A stretch of DNA of 64,000 bases from the human T2T-CHM13v2.0 reference genome, Homo sapiens. The DNA lies in the NCBI RefSeq assembly GCF_009914755.1, contig NC_060936.1; one strand, written 5' to 3'. The translations under genes were made by a program, and so were the position numbers. Under the pieces are notes generated by a model that saw nothing but the letters and a program-made list of their open reading frames with translations, was not told the DNA's origin and did not search any database. Each line of letters begins with the position of its first letter. Within the stretch, counting starts at the first letter, position 1. Of the stretch, positions 1 through 59,800 are shown one piece after another.

Positions 1-44379
<44,379 letters not shown>

Positions 44380-44458
44380 TGCTGACATCACCTTCCCAGT
44401 TTTAACAGGCCTGGTATTTATTTTATAAGTGAGGAAAAATAATCATTTAAAAAGTGAG

Positions 44459-44464
44459 AATAAA
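44459..44464 (+). terminator. Polyadenylation signal AATAAA (proximal)
   Basis: 80 nt after the stop codon. Confidence 0.55.
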
Positions 44465-44542
44465 CTAAACAATGTGAGAATAACTCAAAACAATGAGTTC
44501 TCATTGTGAGGAATTTTGTTCTCTTGTTGACTGGATCTGAAA

Positions 44543-44548
44543 AATAAA
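44543..44548 (+). terminator. Polyadenylation signal AATAAA (distal)
   Basis: Second hexamer, with T-rich sequence downstream. Confidence 0.6.
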
Positions 44549-45256
44549 CACAACTTGACAAGCAATTCGTGAGCAAGGGTATTTATTTTACGGCAATACG
44601 AATTCTGCAAGTCTAGCAGAAACTGGATCATATCATGACTCTTCAATATATTTTCCTTTTATCCTTCAGCTTCTTATGCCCTTCTCCCATTTCATTTCCT
44701 TCACTTACTGAAAATGTAGACTTGGTTTCCTTTTCTCACTTCCTGTGCCAGTTGCATCACTCTTCCCATCCTACTACAACTCCTCCTGCTAGGACACCAG
44801 TGACCTTCTCTAGCTCTGCCTACAGGGTCTGACAGCATCTCCACTCTTCCTTTCTTGAGACATTTTTCTCCTTGTTTCTATGATATTTCTTTTTTCTTTC
44901 TGTGACATCATTTTAAATGTTCCTACATCATGTGGACAGCTTTATTTCTGCCAGTCCTCTGAAGTTTAGTTTTCTAGTCGCATCCTGTTCTGCTTTACAT
45001 TTTACTCAGTCTTTGGCCAATTTCGTCAATTTAAGTAGATATATTTACACTTTGAGGATTTCCAGTCTGTATCACCACCCTCATCCTCTGAGTCTCAGAC
45101 ACATTGACACAACTTTGAATTTAACATCTCTCACTGGATGCTCTATAGGTACCACAAACTCAGCAAGACCAAAACCAAAATAAATATCTTTCTTTATCTC
45201 AGTCCTGTGCATGTATATTGTATACCAGTGAAATAGGTAGCTAAAAAGAGAGGTTA

Positions 45257-45505
45257 GGCCAAGGCAGGTGGATCAAGAGGTCAAAGAAAACAAGACCATC
45301 CTGGCCAACATGGGGAAACCCCATCTCCACTAAAAAAATGCAAAAATTAGCCGGGCATGGTGGCGCGTACCTGTAGTCCCAGCTACTCCGAAGGCTGAGG
45401 CAGGAGAATCACTTGAACTGGGAGGCAGAGGTTGCACTGAGCCGAGATCGCGCCACTGAACTCCAGCCTAGTGACAGAGCAAGACTCTGTCTGAAAAAAA
45501 AAAAG
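45257..45505 (+). mobile_element. 5'-truncated Alu
   Basis: Partial left arm, complete right arm and A-tail. Confidence 0.92.
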
Positions 45506-48500
45506 AAGAGGCTGAGGTTGACTAACATTATGGCTGTCATCTTTAATACATTCTACTGCCTTGCTGTCTCACACACATCCTTCTTCCTGAACATATATAT
45601 TCAAATGTGCCTTGGATAAATTATTTACACAGGTAAAATGTAAAATGTGTGCAATTATTAACACCCTTATCCCCTTCCCAACATGAAGGCAAACCCAAAT
45701 TATCATAACCTATTTATGAACAAGTTCTTACTTTTCTGTATCAGTTGGACTAGTGGTAAATTTAACGACCATCAAACACTGTATGTCTAATGGTGGAGAA
45801 GAAAATAGATGTGTTAGTATATTGGTAATTGCTACCAAAGGTGGATAACAATTCCTTATGAGTGGGCATTACAGATCTCACTTCTACAGTCAGTTCCAGG
45901 GCCTTTGACTTTCCTCTATGTCTGTCACTGGTTCCAGGTTTTCCTTCCTCTCAGTGCATACCAGAGTTCATCATTTCACAAAATTATGAGGAGCTTGAGG
46001 CCTTGAAAATCCAAATGGGTGAGGTTGCAGGAGTTTCTTTAATAGCTTTTACCTCAGGAAATAGTAGAGCACAGAGTCAACATTATACCCACATTACAGT
46101 CCTTACCATGTGGTAGCAGCTCTATTTTCACCTGACAGTCAGATTTGATCATCCCAGATAATATACTGACAGCATTTTCTGCTTAGTAAGCCTGCTTTAG
46201 ACTTATGAGAGACCCCAAATGGCTAGCTGGGAGTTTCAGAACAAGGGAGACAAAATGAATATTGATTTCTGGTCCAGCTAATATATTACATCCTGCCAAC
46301 AGCACACCAACTAATCCCTCAGCTGGTATCAGAGTGGAGTGCTCAGTAGGCTGATCTTTAAGGTTTACCATCTGTGAACAATAAAGCATAATACATTTAT
46401 TGAGGTATGTATGTACCTTTCTTTTCTTTGATTTGACGCTATATGAACTTTTCTTTTCTTCACTTGAAAATAAATTCCTTTGGTTAGAAGCATTGCTGCA
46501 CAGCATTTCATGGCAGTGAATAAAGTATTCAATAAGCCTATAGATAGATGTGCTTGTCTAGGCGTATTAGACACAAAATGAAAATGCCAATCCATACTTG
46601 GTTATCTCAGAGAAAATAAATGCTGTCTTCCCACCACCAGAAAAGGATCAAAGTTGTCTCCTTTTTACCAAGTAGCTGAGTGACGTGATACTATGAAAAT
46701 GGAAGATCACTGTCTTCCATTTATTTAACAAAACCATGATCATTAGCATGGTGGTATGCCAAGTGGCTTCAGTGGAGGGAATTTAGGCTGCTGAACCCCT
46801 GTATGACCCTTATTTCTGCTACAATTGCTACCTTCTTCTTTAAGCATTCACTTATGTTCAGGTATGGATCTGTTCTGAATTATTCATACAATTCCCCCAA
46901 CCCTTCTTGTCATTCTCCATTTTTTCTCCCCTCAAGTCCTGGGCTATCTATACAAATTATTTGCTGTATCTGCAAAATTAGTGTGAATCCTCAATTCAGG
47001 CCAACCTTCTGCCAAGCACAGTGGCTATAGAGAATTTTCCTTTACAGTTGTTGTTCACAGCACTCCTAAGATAGACTCACTTTTCACTGACACTGGGTCT
47101 ATAGGCAATCTAGCTTTGAGTCTTTTCATCCTGTGTTAAATGATTATAAGCAATTCCTCCTCTAAGCAAAAGGCATTAATTCAGAGAAATGTGGCAGCCA
47201 GATAATAGCGCATTATGGGCCTTAAGAAATTATTGCATGGATCTGACTTTCTGACTTGTGCCTTTGAGACCTGAATGGACTCTATTCTGTATATATGACT
47301 TTGCCTTGATGATGGATTGCTGCTGAGAATGCCCAAATCCATGGCAACGTAGAAAAGCTAATGTCCCCTCCAGGATGAGGGGCTTTGGTTCACGGTCACC
47401 TGTTATTTTAGTATTGACAGAAAGCTAGTATTTGCTGAAAATAGAAAAACTGCCTCAGGAGGTAGTGTGGTCTTGCTCTCAAAGCTCTGAAGCTGCTATT
47501 GCTATGACCATTTTACGACTTGTCATTGGCCCCTCCACTAGGTTTTACTTTTCTGTTATAGATTCTTCTAGAACCATTGGATCAACACAGATTATGAGTT
47601 GAACATTGAGGTAGCTTTTACCGAAAACTTGATAATCTGAACTGATCTTATATTTTGTCTGAGTCCCTCTAGAGTTATCAGGTCTTAGGTCATCCAGTGA
47701 GTAGACCTAAGAAAGACATTTATATCCATATAGGTTTCTTGATTTTTCTAAAATCCAATGGGTCTATTTCCTAGTGTAGGTGAACAAAGTGTGAGAGAGT
47801 GTCCTTCACTTCAATGATGAGGACCCACTATCTTCATATTACTAAGATTTAAGCTGATTACAGAAAAAGCCAAAATAACAGTAACTTTAAAAAGATAGAA
47901 ATGTATTTCTCTCTCATACACAAAACTGGGTAGGTGACCTAGAGAGGCATGGCTGTGCCTAGTCTCTTTGGTCTTATTGCAGAATGAACTGTCCAGCTTC
48001 CATCTTGTTGGCCCACAATGGTTCCCACTAGTCGCTACCATCTCAATCTTATTCCAATCAGCAGGAAAGTAGAATGGGAGAGGAGAGTGTGTGTTCCTCC
48101 TCTTCTGAGGCCACACATACTTCCACTAACATCCCTTTGGCCAGAATGAGAGACACAACCGTCTGGAACCACAACCAATGCTTCCAAAATGAGGGTCTAT
48201 AGGCTGTCTATAGAGTAATCATTGGGGATCTTTATAAAAATACAGGTTTATGAATTTCATCCTGAGAAGTCCCGTTCAGTAGATCAGAAAGCAGGTAGCT
48301 AAATCAATTTTTGCAAATAAAATTCTAGGGGCCATATTGTTCCATTTAGTAATGGAAACATCCAGAAAAACAGCTACAATTTGAGTCATCACCAGACTAA
48401 GTTTATTGTGAAGGATATGGTGATGCACTGCTCAGATTCACCTTCAGAAAAACAGGGCTTATTCCACAGCTGCTGAGAGTGCTGCCAGAAGACTGCTTTC

Positions 48501-49829
48501 AGCTGTCAGCCTCCTTAGGGGTTTGCCTCAGCTAAAGACAGCCACATCCCCCACTGATATGTCCACCTTCTGGAGAAAAGAGGGGCGTGAAGTGAAAGGC
48601 AGAGGAAAGTAGAAAGGCTCAGAGCTCTCTCCCCAACTTGGTCTATGAATTCTTTACTCAGAAAGTTGCTGAGGCTTTCATTGAAGATGCACAATGTCTT
48701 GACTCCCAATCTTGCTTCCTTCCTTCTCTTCCACAAATCTGGATTCCAAGAACACTTTATAACAAACCTGCTGCATGTAAATCTCCATCTTAGAATCTGC
48801 TCCTAGGCAGCACAACCTGTGCCACTTACAGGAATTAAACATCATTCTCTAGAGCCCATCAATTATTTGTAGCATTCAAGTCTGAGAATTTAATGGGGAA
48901 GGATACAGAAAGCAGCCTACCTATGTCTTTCAAGTCTTTGATGGTGGCTTTGAAAAGAACTAAATGGATGAGGCCTCCTCTACTACCCTATTTCTCATTC
49001 CCTTCCCCCTTCCATTGTACAAATAAAAAATATATGCTTTCCTATATGCCAATGAGACTATTTTAATAGCCTCAAGACAACTGGTCCTACTGTAAAATTA
49101 ATGACAAGGAGTAAATTTGATTACTGACACTCAAAATATAGAACTATAATTTTGTCAGAACACCTTGAAAACTCAATATTTCTGACTATTCTATCTTTTT
49201 CTCTGCCTATAATCCATCCCCCATATACTAGTCACTCTCTTTTCATCATCTGCCTTTCTACAGGTGGTAGTCCTATATATACTTTTAATTACAGTTATTG
49301 TTAACATTTATTTGTTCTTTATTATCCCTTTTAATGTAAGTTTTTGGAGGGCAGGAAGTTTGTATCTCTATCCCACAGCTCTGCCTCTAATACCTAGAAG
49401 AGGATGTGGCATAGAGTAGGTAATCAATAAACATTTGTTGATATTTGAGTGAAAAAAATCTAACAAAGGCAGCCAGTTAAACAATTCAGTTACTTATCTA
49501 GGAATATATTCATCAAGTAATTTTTTGCAATGAAATTGCAGGTTCTTGTCAGTAATTAAAATTAATTATATCTAATTAATTATTGTCAAAAACTCTGTTT
49601 TGAGAAAACTATTCATGGAAAATTGTCTGCATTCAGTCTGGCCATTCTTCATATACTAAATTATATCCTTGGAGTAAATAAATGAGAAGGTGACATCTCC
49701 TAGTGTATGACTTCTCACTAGAGATATGGAATGCAGAGCAGTTAAATACACAGGCTGTGGAGCCAGATTGTCTTGGTGCAAATATTGGTTCCCCCCACCT
49801 AATGCTATATAACTTAGCCTTATTTCACA

Positions 49830-50520
49830 AAATAACATCTTTACTGAGGTGTAACTCATACCATAAAATTCATCCTCTTAAAATGTGCAATTCAGTGAGT
49901 GTTAGCATATTCACAAGGTTGTGCAACCCTCACTTCTATATAATTCCAGAATATTTCATCATTCCAAAAATAAACCCAATACTGATTAGCAGGCACTCCC
50001 CATCCTCCCACACCTCCAAGTCCCTGGCAAACACTAAACTACACTCTATTTCTACAGATTTGCCAATTCTAGACATTTTATATAAATGGAACCATACAAT
50101 ATGTGACCTTTTGTGCCTGGCTTCTTCCACTTAGCATAATGTTTCCCAGGTTCATCTTTGTTGTAGTATTTATCACTATGTCATTCCTTTATACTGCTAA
50201 ATAATATTTCATTATTTGGATATACATTTTGTTTATTCATTTATAGATAGTTCATTGTTTCCATATTTTAGCCATTATGAGTAATGCTTGTCTGAAAATT
50301 CATGTACAAGTCTTAATGTGGATACATATTTTCAATTCTCCTGGGTATATATCTCACAGTAGAACTGCTGGGTCATATGGTACCTCTATCTTTAACATTT
50401 TGAGGAACTGCTGAACTGTTTTCCAAAGTGACTGCACCATTTTACATTCCCATTAGCAATGTTTCTCTACATCCTTACCAATGCTTATTATTGTCTTTTT
50501 AAATTATAGTCATTCTAGTA
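49830..50520 (-). mobile_element. L1M 3' region, apparently inserted in a MIR
   Basis: cataaaattcatcctcttaaaatgtgcaattcagtg...tttacattcccattagcaatg; MIR-like flanks. Confidence 0.75.
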
Positions 50521-53086
50521 GGTTATTTAACCCTTTTATACCCAATTTTCTTATTTGTAAAACAGAATAAAAATATGTACTTCCGAAGTTTGAGGTTGTA
50601 TAAACATCTGCTATCATAGTTTTGCAATCTGTGATTATTCTACTTTTCCTCAACCTTGCAAAGCAGCTTATGACAGTTAGATGAACTGATTTGCACACTG
50701 CTTACTTTATCTCTACTTAGAGAAATTGACAAAACAGAAATACACATAACATTCTTAAGTATATAGGAAATAACTATTTCATGATAGTAATTCATAAGAA
50801 TACCTACAATTAGATAGGGGCATTATCATAATCAAGTTTTGTCATAAAGAAATATGTCAAACTTTGGGAATTGAGAAGATGGTAGCAATACAGGTCACCG
50901 CAAAGTTTCATTATGCTCTAAATGTGACAGTCTTGCTAATATCACTATTTTAATAACTATCTAAAAATTTTCAATTACTTTTATAATAATTTTATTAGGT
51001 CCCTGTAAACTATGTTCCATGGTTCTATTTTCAAAATTGGAGTAATTTGTTTCGGAAATCATTTTTGTTCATTTTATTTCTATTGTTAGGCTGGTTGGTA
51101 AATAATTGAGATAGAACTGCCATCTTTCTGGAATTATCAAAAGCCAATTTCTCTTTCACCTATATGTAGGAATCCAAACTTCCCAGTAAGAAAATTCCAA
51201 ATTTGTTACTGTGTAGGATAAAGGAAGGGACCAACATCGTTCGTTCATTCTCTCTTTTTACCCATGGCATAAAGACACCAGCTAATTCATAGGGTGTTTG
51301 TAAGGATTAAATGAGATCCTTGATATTTGGGATTTCCTTAGAAAATGCTAGCTAGTCACACGTAATGAGTTTCATTGCCATTCTTACTGCTTTCCCTGCT
51401 TTCCTTATCTGGTCCCTCAGAGACCCTGGCTGGTTCTCCGACTCTCTCTTACCTTCTCCAGTGCTGGAGTTACTTGATGCTGACCTCCAGCTACAGTCCT
51501 GCATCACCAGGGTCAGTTCCTCCTCTAGCATCAGCTCCCACCCAACTTTCTACAAAATTGTTGCCAGTTTGGCATTGACTTTGTGCCTCAACTCTGATAG
51601 CTGAACATTCATCTTGTTCCTGAAATCCAGACTCATTTTGTTTTCCAATTTTGGTGACTGGCCAAGAAAGAGGTTCAGGCTCTAGGAAAATAGAACCTCT
51701 GAGAACCTGAACCTCTTTCTTGGCTCTATTTTTCTAGAGCCTGAACCTAATTTTTGGCCGCTTGCCAAATAGCACCATCTCAGAGAGTTGGCCTTACTAT
51801 TTTGTTATTTCCCTTCATCTTCCCCTTCCTCCTCCTTCTTTTCTCCCCTCCACTTCACTCTCTGAGTCTTGGATTCTGCTATTTGGAAACACTCTTCTTC
51901 TCTCCTACCTGTAGTGTGCCTTGATTTCCCAACATATTTTGGCTCAGGTAATTTTGTTAAACTAGCATGTGACTTAGGCAATACTTCCCTCAAAAGAATT
52001 CTATTGTCCTGGGCCATAACTCCCCCACTACACAATGTTCAAGAAATGCCTTTGCTATTATAGATTATTGAAGGTAATTGAAAGAGTTGTCCAGCCATAT
52101 TGTTTGATTTGCATGGGGCTCAGGAGTCTTGTGACAAAGAATATAAGCCTGTCCATAAGGGCTTCAGGCATAAATAGACTTATTTTCTTTGTAGGTTAGA
52201 ATTACATTTAACTATATTTGAGATTGATGCCAGAATCTTCATGAAGCATCAACTATTTCTTTTATGAGGGTCATGAGAGAGCTACATACTTAAGGAAAAA
52301 ATGAGAGTGGGATACAAGCTGCCCTGATACTGTTAGCCAGGCTTGTCCCGGTGGCATGTATAAAATATTCCCTTCTCTTTGGATGGTAATAGAGGTCAGA
52401 TAAGGAAACAAAGTGTTCTCCTGTCTTCCCAATACCCTGTATTTGAACCTATTTCAGTGAACTTAATACCAAGTCTATGATCAATTATTGTATGGCTGTC
52501 ACAGAAAAGAAATAAATGGAGTGTCAGTGAAATACTGCCTGCATGTTTGTGTAGCTATTGCTCTTGTGTTTTTCGTTATGCCTATGTATCCACCTGCTTC
52601 TAATAATGAAATGAGCATTCTAGTTGTCTTGACACACTTTGTAATTGGAAAGTTATCAAAAGATTTCATTAAAGTTAGCATTACTGTCCCATAATATATT
52701 TGGCTAAGAATTCACCTACTGTTCAATTTGGCTTTTCAAATCATGTCCAGTTGTAAAATCCAATCTGCACCAGAGAGTACTATGTAATAGACACTGCATT
52801 GATTTCTTTAATAATTATTTACTGAACAGTTACTATTCTAGGCCCTGAAAATACAATGATTCATAAGCAAAGATTCCTTATACAGAGTTTACTTCTAGTT
52901 CAGAATAGTAGTACAGTTTACATATAGTTTAGTTTACATACTACTAGTATATATAATAAGTATATACAGTAGTAGTTTACATACAGTGGGAATATAACAG
53001 GAAATAAATAAATAGAAGCTCTGAGAAAAATGAAACACATTGCTAAGACAGAACATGAGAGCATGAAGAAGAAGTTACTTAAAACA

Positions 53087-53401
<315 letters not shown>

Positions 53402-53779
53402 CTAAATGTATCAGTTAGGCCAGGCTAGGATATGCTGTCATAAAAAAATTAACTCCAAAATCATAGTGGCTTATAACAAACTTTTCTCACTCATGCAAAG
53501 TCTACTATGAGTTTTGTAAACTCTCCAAGTCAGTAGTCCTCCATGTAATGACTCGGCAATCAAGATCTCTTTAATCTTGTTGACATGTCAATATGAGACC
53601 AGCCCAGTTGTGATGGAAAGAAAGAGAGATTAGAATATTCCCAATGACTCAACCCAGAAATGACACATTTTATTTCTGCTCACAGTCTAGTAACCAGAGC
53701 TGATCCAATGTCCTTGTAATTTTGCAGCAGAGTTTGGACATATGATAATCCATGTGCCTAGCAAAAAGGTGTGTGCTAG

Positions 53780-54465
53780 TGATAGCAACAGGAGACAGAC
53801 AAATTCCTAGGCAGACAGAAATGGATCTCCGGTGAAACCCAACCTTCAAGTGAAGGGCAGCTGAAAGCCTGAAAACCAAATGGCCAGCTCTAGATAGAAT
53901 CCACAACTGAAGTGAGAACTTCCCCGTCTTACCTACTCCCTCTCAACTGGTTCCTTCTGAATGATGCCTTTTAACCAATCAACTAGTGCCTTTTCCAAGA
54001 CCATCCATGGAAGAATCAGCACCCAATTCCCTATTGTAAGCCCATAAAAGCCCCAGACTCAGGCTCACAGACAGGTATTCACGTCAGGTCCACTCTCACT
54101 GTTGAGAGCTTTTCTTTCACTCAATAAAATTCTATTCTGCTTTATTCATTCTACAGTATCCACATACCTCATTCCTCTTGGTTGCGGGGCAAAAACCTGG
54201 AACTCGCCAAATGGTGGGAGTGAAAGAGCTGTAATGCTACTGCCTGCCAAGCTGCAGATAGCAGGAATAAATTAACTGTAACCATCTTGCCAAACAACAG
54301 GAGGGAAGAAGCCACTGGGTGCCACTGTCTCCTTCTTGCTGACATATGGGATTGAAAAAGGCACTGGGCACCACACAGGCCCACTTGCCAAGCTATGGGA
54401 GTGAAGAAACTGCTGTGTGCCACTTCCCTCCCCTTGCTGAAATATGGGAGCAAAAAACCACAATA
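53780..54465 (+). mobile_element. Solo ERV1-class LTR (MER50-like) inserted in a MaLR fragment
   Basis: tgatagcaacaggagacag..ccggtgaaacccaaccttcaag start, aataaa at ~54123, flanking ctag repeats; subfamily from memory. Confidence 0.6.
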
Positions 54466-54579
54466 CTAGTGATATGTACCCCACCTCGGAAGTTCTCCCT
54501 GATGCTTGAATAATAAGAAAAAGGCAGACATTTGAAGATAAATGTGATAAACAGTGCAGGTAGAAGAAGTTAGAGTAAG

Positions 54580-56845
54580 TGCATTAGTCTGTTCTCATGC
54601 TACTATAAAGAAATACTTGAGACTGGGTAATTTACATAGGAAATAGGTTTAATTGACCCACAGTTCTGCCTTGCTGGGGAGGACTCAGGAAATTTACAAT
54701 CATGGCAGAAGGCCAAAGAGAAGCAGGCACCTTCTTCACAAGGTGGCAAGACAGAATGAGTGCAAGCAGGGGAAATGCCTGATACACATAAAACCATCAG
54801 ATCTTGTGAGATTCACTCACTATCACGAGAACAGTATGGGGAAAACCACCCCCATGATCTGATTACCTCCACCTGGTTCTGTGCATGACATGTGAAAATT
54901 ACATTTCAAGATCAAATTTTGGGTGGGACACAGCCAAACCATATCATTCCACCCCTGGCCCCTCTCAAATCTCATGTCCTCACATTTCAAAACACAATTA
55001 TGCCTTTCTAACAGTCCCCCAAACTCTTAGCTTATTCCAGCATTAACCCAAAAGTCCAAGTCCAAAGTCTCATCTGAGACAAGGCAAGTCCCTTTCACCT
55101 ATAAGCCTTTAAAATTGGAAGCAAGTTAGTTACTTCCTAGATAAAATGGGGTTACAGGCATTGGGTAAATACACCCATTCCAAATGGGAGAAACTGGCCA
55201 AAATGAAAGGGCTACAGGCCCCATGCAAGTCTAAGGTCCAGTAGGAAAGTCATTAAAGCTTAAAGCTCCAAAATGATCCCCTTTGGCTCCATGTCTCATA
55301 TCCAGATCAGGCAGATGCAAGAGTTGGGCACCCATGGTCTTGGGTAGCTCTGCCCCTGTGGCTTTGCAGGGTACAGCCCCCACTTCTGGCTGCTTTCACA
55401 GCTGGTGTTGAGTGCCTGTGGCTTTTCCAGGTGCATGGTGTATGCTTCAGTGGATCTACCATTTTGGAGTCTCGAAGATGGTGGCCCTCTTCTCACAGCT
55501 CCACTAGACAGTGCCCCATTGGGGACTCTATGTGAGGGCTCCAACCCCACATTTCCCTTCCACACTGCCCTAGCAGAGGTTCCCATGAGGGCTTCACCCC
55601 CGCAGCAGACTTCTGCCTGGACATCAAGGCATTTCCATACATCCCCTGATATCTAGGCAGAGGTTCTCAACTCTCAGTTCTTAACTTCTGTGCACCCGCA
55701 GGCCCAATACCACATGTAAGCCACCAAGGCTTGGAGCTTGCACCCTCTGAAGCCATGGGCCCAGCTATAACTTGGCCCCTTTTAGCCATGGCTAGGATGC
55801 AGGGTGCCAAGTCCTGAGGCTGCCCAGATCAGCAGCAGTGCAGCCCTGGGCTTGGCCCATAAAACCATTTTTCCCTCCTAAGCCTCCAGGCCTCTGATGG
55901 GAGTGGCTGCTGTGAAGTCTCTGACATACACTGGAGATATTTTCCCCCTTGTCTTGGTGATTAACATTATGCTCCTCATTTCTTTTGTAAATATCTGCAG
56001 CAAGCTTGAATTTCTCCCCAGAAAATGGGTTTTTCTTTTCTATTGCATTATCAGGCTGCAAAATTTCCAAACTTTTATGTACTGCTTCCTCTTGAACACT
56101 TTGCCACTTCGAAATTTCTTCCACCATATATGCTACATCATCTCTCTTAAGTTCAAAGTTTCACAGATGAAGGGCAGTGGCAAAATGCCACCAGTCTCTT
56201 TGCCAAAGCACAGCAAAAGTGACGTTTACTCCAGTTCCCAACAAGTTCCTCATCTCTATCTAAGACCACCGCAGGCTGGACTTCATTGTCCATATAACTA
56301 TCAGCATTTTGGTCAAAGCCATTCAAGTCTCTAGGAAGTTCCAAACTTTCCCACATATTTCTGTCTTCTTCTGCATCCTCTAAACTGTTGCAACCTCTGC
56401 CTGTTACCCAGTTCCAAAGCTACTTTCACATTCTCAATTATCTTATAGCAATGCCCCACTACCTCAGTACCAAATTACTGTATTAGTTCATTCTCACACT
56501 GCTATAAAGAAATACACAAGACTGGGTAACTTATAAAGGAAAGAGGTTTAATTGACTTATAGTTCCACATTCCTGGGGAGGCCTCAGGAAACTTATAATC
56601 ATGGTGTAAGACAAAGGGGAAGCAGGCACCTTCTTCACAGGGTGGCAGGACAGAGTGGGTACAAGCAGGGGAAATGACAGACACTTATAAATCCATCAAA
56701 TTTCATGAGACTCACTCACTATCATGAGAAAAGTGTGGGAGAACTACCCCTGTGATCTGATTACCTCCACCTGGTCCTGCTCTTGACATGTGGGGATTAC
56801 AATTCAAGATGAGATTTTTGGTGAGGACACAGCCAAACCGTATCA
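54580..56845 (-). mobile_element. Full-length THE1/MST-type ERVL-MaLR element (LTR 54580-54946, internal region, LTR 56479-56845)
   Basis: Two homologous LTRs ending cacagccaaacc(a/g)tatca; 5-bp TSD gtaag at 54575-54579 and 56846-56850. Confidence 0.93.
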
Positions 56846-59159
56846 GTAAGGGTTCTAATGTGGGAACAGAAAGAAGACCAGTGCAATAAGGAAAGAATGA
56901 TATGTGTTTGTATCAATGAGGAAATCAATGAACTAACCATGTAAGCACAATGTAGCAAGTAGTTCAGTTTTAACGTCACTATGATTAGAAACCATTGAAG
57001 CTGTTTACAAAGAGAAGTGACATGTTTTGGTTTATGTTTTTAAAACCACAAACTAACTGATATAAAGATAATTGTTTGTAAGAAGGCAAAAGGAGAAGCA
57101 GAGTATTAATGAAAACATCCCTGTGAGAGTAGTGGTTTGGCCATGCATGGTGTGATAGATTGCAAAAAAGGTCACAAATGCCTCTCATCCCTGTATATAC
57201 CCAAATAAGGCAAATGCCTAGCTGTAGCCAACAGGACAATTTGTTTACTTCTGTGTTCATCCCATAAAAGCCCCACTGCTCACACTGCTGAAGTAGAGCT
57301 CACTGAACATTTTCCACTTTTGAGTGCTGCTCACATAAACTCTGTTAAATTTATTTAATCTGAAGTTTCTATTTTAACAGTTTCTAGATATCAATATGTT
57401 TTTCTAGAAATCGATAAATGGAAAGAATCAAGTGTTTTCACAGTAAATCCTATATGTACAGGTAAGAAACCGAATAGTTGATGAGAGAAATTTCTTTGTA
57501 ATGGAAACTAACACATGTAGGAGAAATGATAGAATGCAAAAATAGGCATTTTAGACTCCTAGTAAAATAATGGATCTAGGCAATGACCATCAATGGCTGC
57601 TTATACCATTGTGTAACAGATTGAGAATGACTTTGTAAAGGCTGACACCTCCTGTTACACTTTTGTAGTATTAATATTACAAGAAATGAAGAAACCAGAA
57701 ATTATGTTTGGTGATGCAATACTCAGAAACAGCACTAACTATAAACTATTCTTGATATAAGTATTAAACCTGAATCCAATCATGCATCTATATTTAATGA
57801 CCAATTATAGAAACATTCTAATGATATTGTGAGGATACAGAATCAAAGCAGGAAATAATGACCCAGATTTTTCAGTAACAGAATTATAAAGGAGGAGGAA
57901 ATGATATATATTAAAAGGGACATACGAATCAGGAATTAAATGTGTTGTGTAGATGTGGTCTGGGTCCTGATTTGAACACATCAACTACAATAAGACATTT
58001 TTGAGACAGAAAAAAATTGAGCATAGATTGTGTATTAAGTGATATGAAGGAACTGATATTAATTACATTGGTATAATGATGCTATTGTGATTATGCTTTC
58101 TTTTTTAATCCTTATTTGTTAGATATATTCATTTGCCTATTTAGTAGTAAAATTATTTGCTTTAGAATACTCTAGGACAAAAAGCAGTGATATTCTTGTG
58201 TGCTTCTTATGTCATATGCTGGGTGGAATTTGGCAAAGGGATTCTCTAGGGGCAATGTGGTACAAGGGGGATAATGTCAGGCTTTGACTACACAATGACT
58301 TGAAATAAGATCACTTATATTTCAGAGAAACACCCAGACTGTGTTTTCTTCTTTTCATAGGAAACTTATACTGGGTTCTCAATATTTCTGTGCACATTCA
58401 ATATTTCCAACAATTATAGTTACTATCTGAAAACTTTAAGGGATTTAAGACACAAGATGACAAGAAACAAGTCCATCAACACTGCAGGATATTCACACTC
58501 AGTGTGACAACAGCTCACAGGTGAGTAGAGCATCTTACTCTTACTGTTACTATGCCAGTTCCTTGACTGCCCTTCAGCACTGTAGACTGTGCTTTATTGC
58601 CCTGATTATGCACTCTTATACATTCACAAGTCAAAGGTTCTTGTATATTTCAATACAAATGAGAGTTATTTTTGGTGCCATCTTCAAAGCTTCGCTGTCT
58701 GACATTGCTGTCATAACAGGCATATTCAATTAATTTACATAGAGCAAAAATGGGCAAGCCTACCCATGGAGTTTGAGACATACAGTTTAAGTGCCATAGT
58801 AACATTTACTGCACCTATTTTGGTAGGTATTCCCAATGATAGAGCTACTTATATATTTTCTTGATTCCCTTTTCACCAAAATATTGAAGGTAAATAAGCC
58901 TGTGACATGGTTGGAGCTCAACAAATTCTTTTGGAATAATCTATAGGCTATTTCCTTCTAATATCATGATACATTGGATCAAAAAATTCCTTTGGAATAG
59001 TCTGTAGGTTATTTATTTTAAAAATCATGATACATTGGAACTTAATGTCCTATGGCACAACATAATTTTGCAAGCACTTTGCATAGAGGAAGTGTTAAGT
59101 CTTTGGTTTAGTTATACCAAGATTCTGGTTTTGTGGGTCAAATGGTCAAATTACTACTA

Positions 59160-59800
<641 letters not shown>

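Noticed and set aside
45600-48850. Possible old ERVL/MaLR internal sequence and LTR fragments; also L2/MIR-like stretches at ~29.9-30.6, 38.1-39.0 and 44.7-45.2 kb and an LTR-like stretch at ~33.15-33.65 kb
   Set aside because: Too diverged to assign family or boundaries by eye; needs RepeatMasker.
55296-56356. ORFs of 67-145 aa
   Set aside because: Decayed THE1 internal sequence.
58925-59040. ~60-bp tandem duplication (also ~38 bp at 31888-31948)
   Set aside because: Ordinary local slippage duplications with no evident function.
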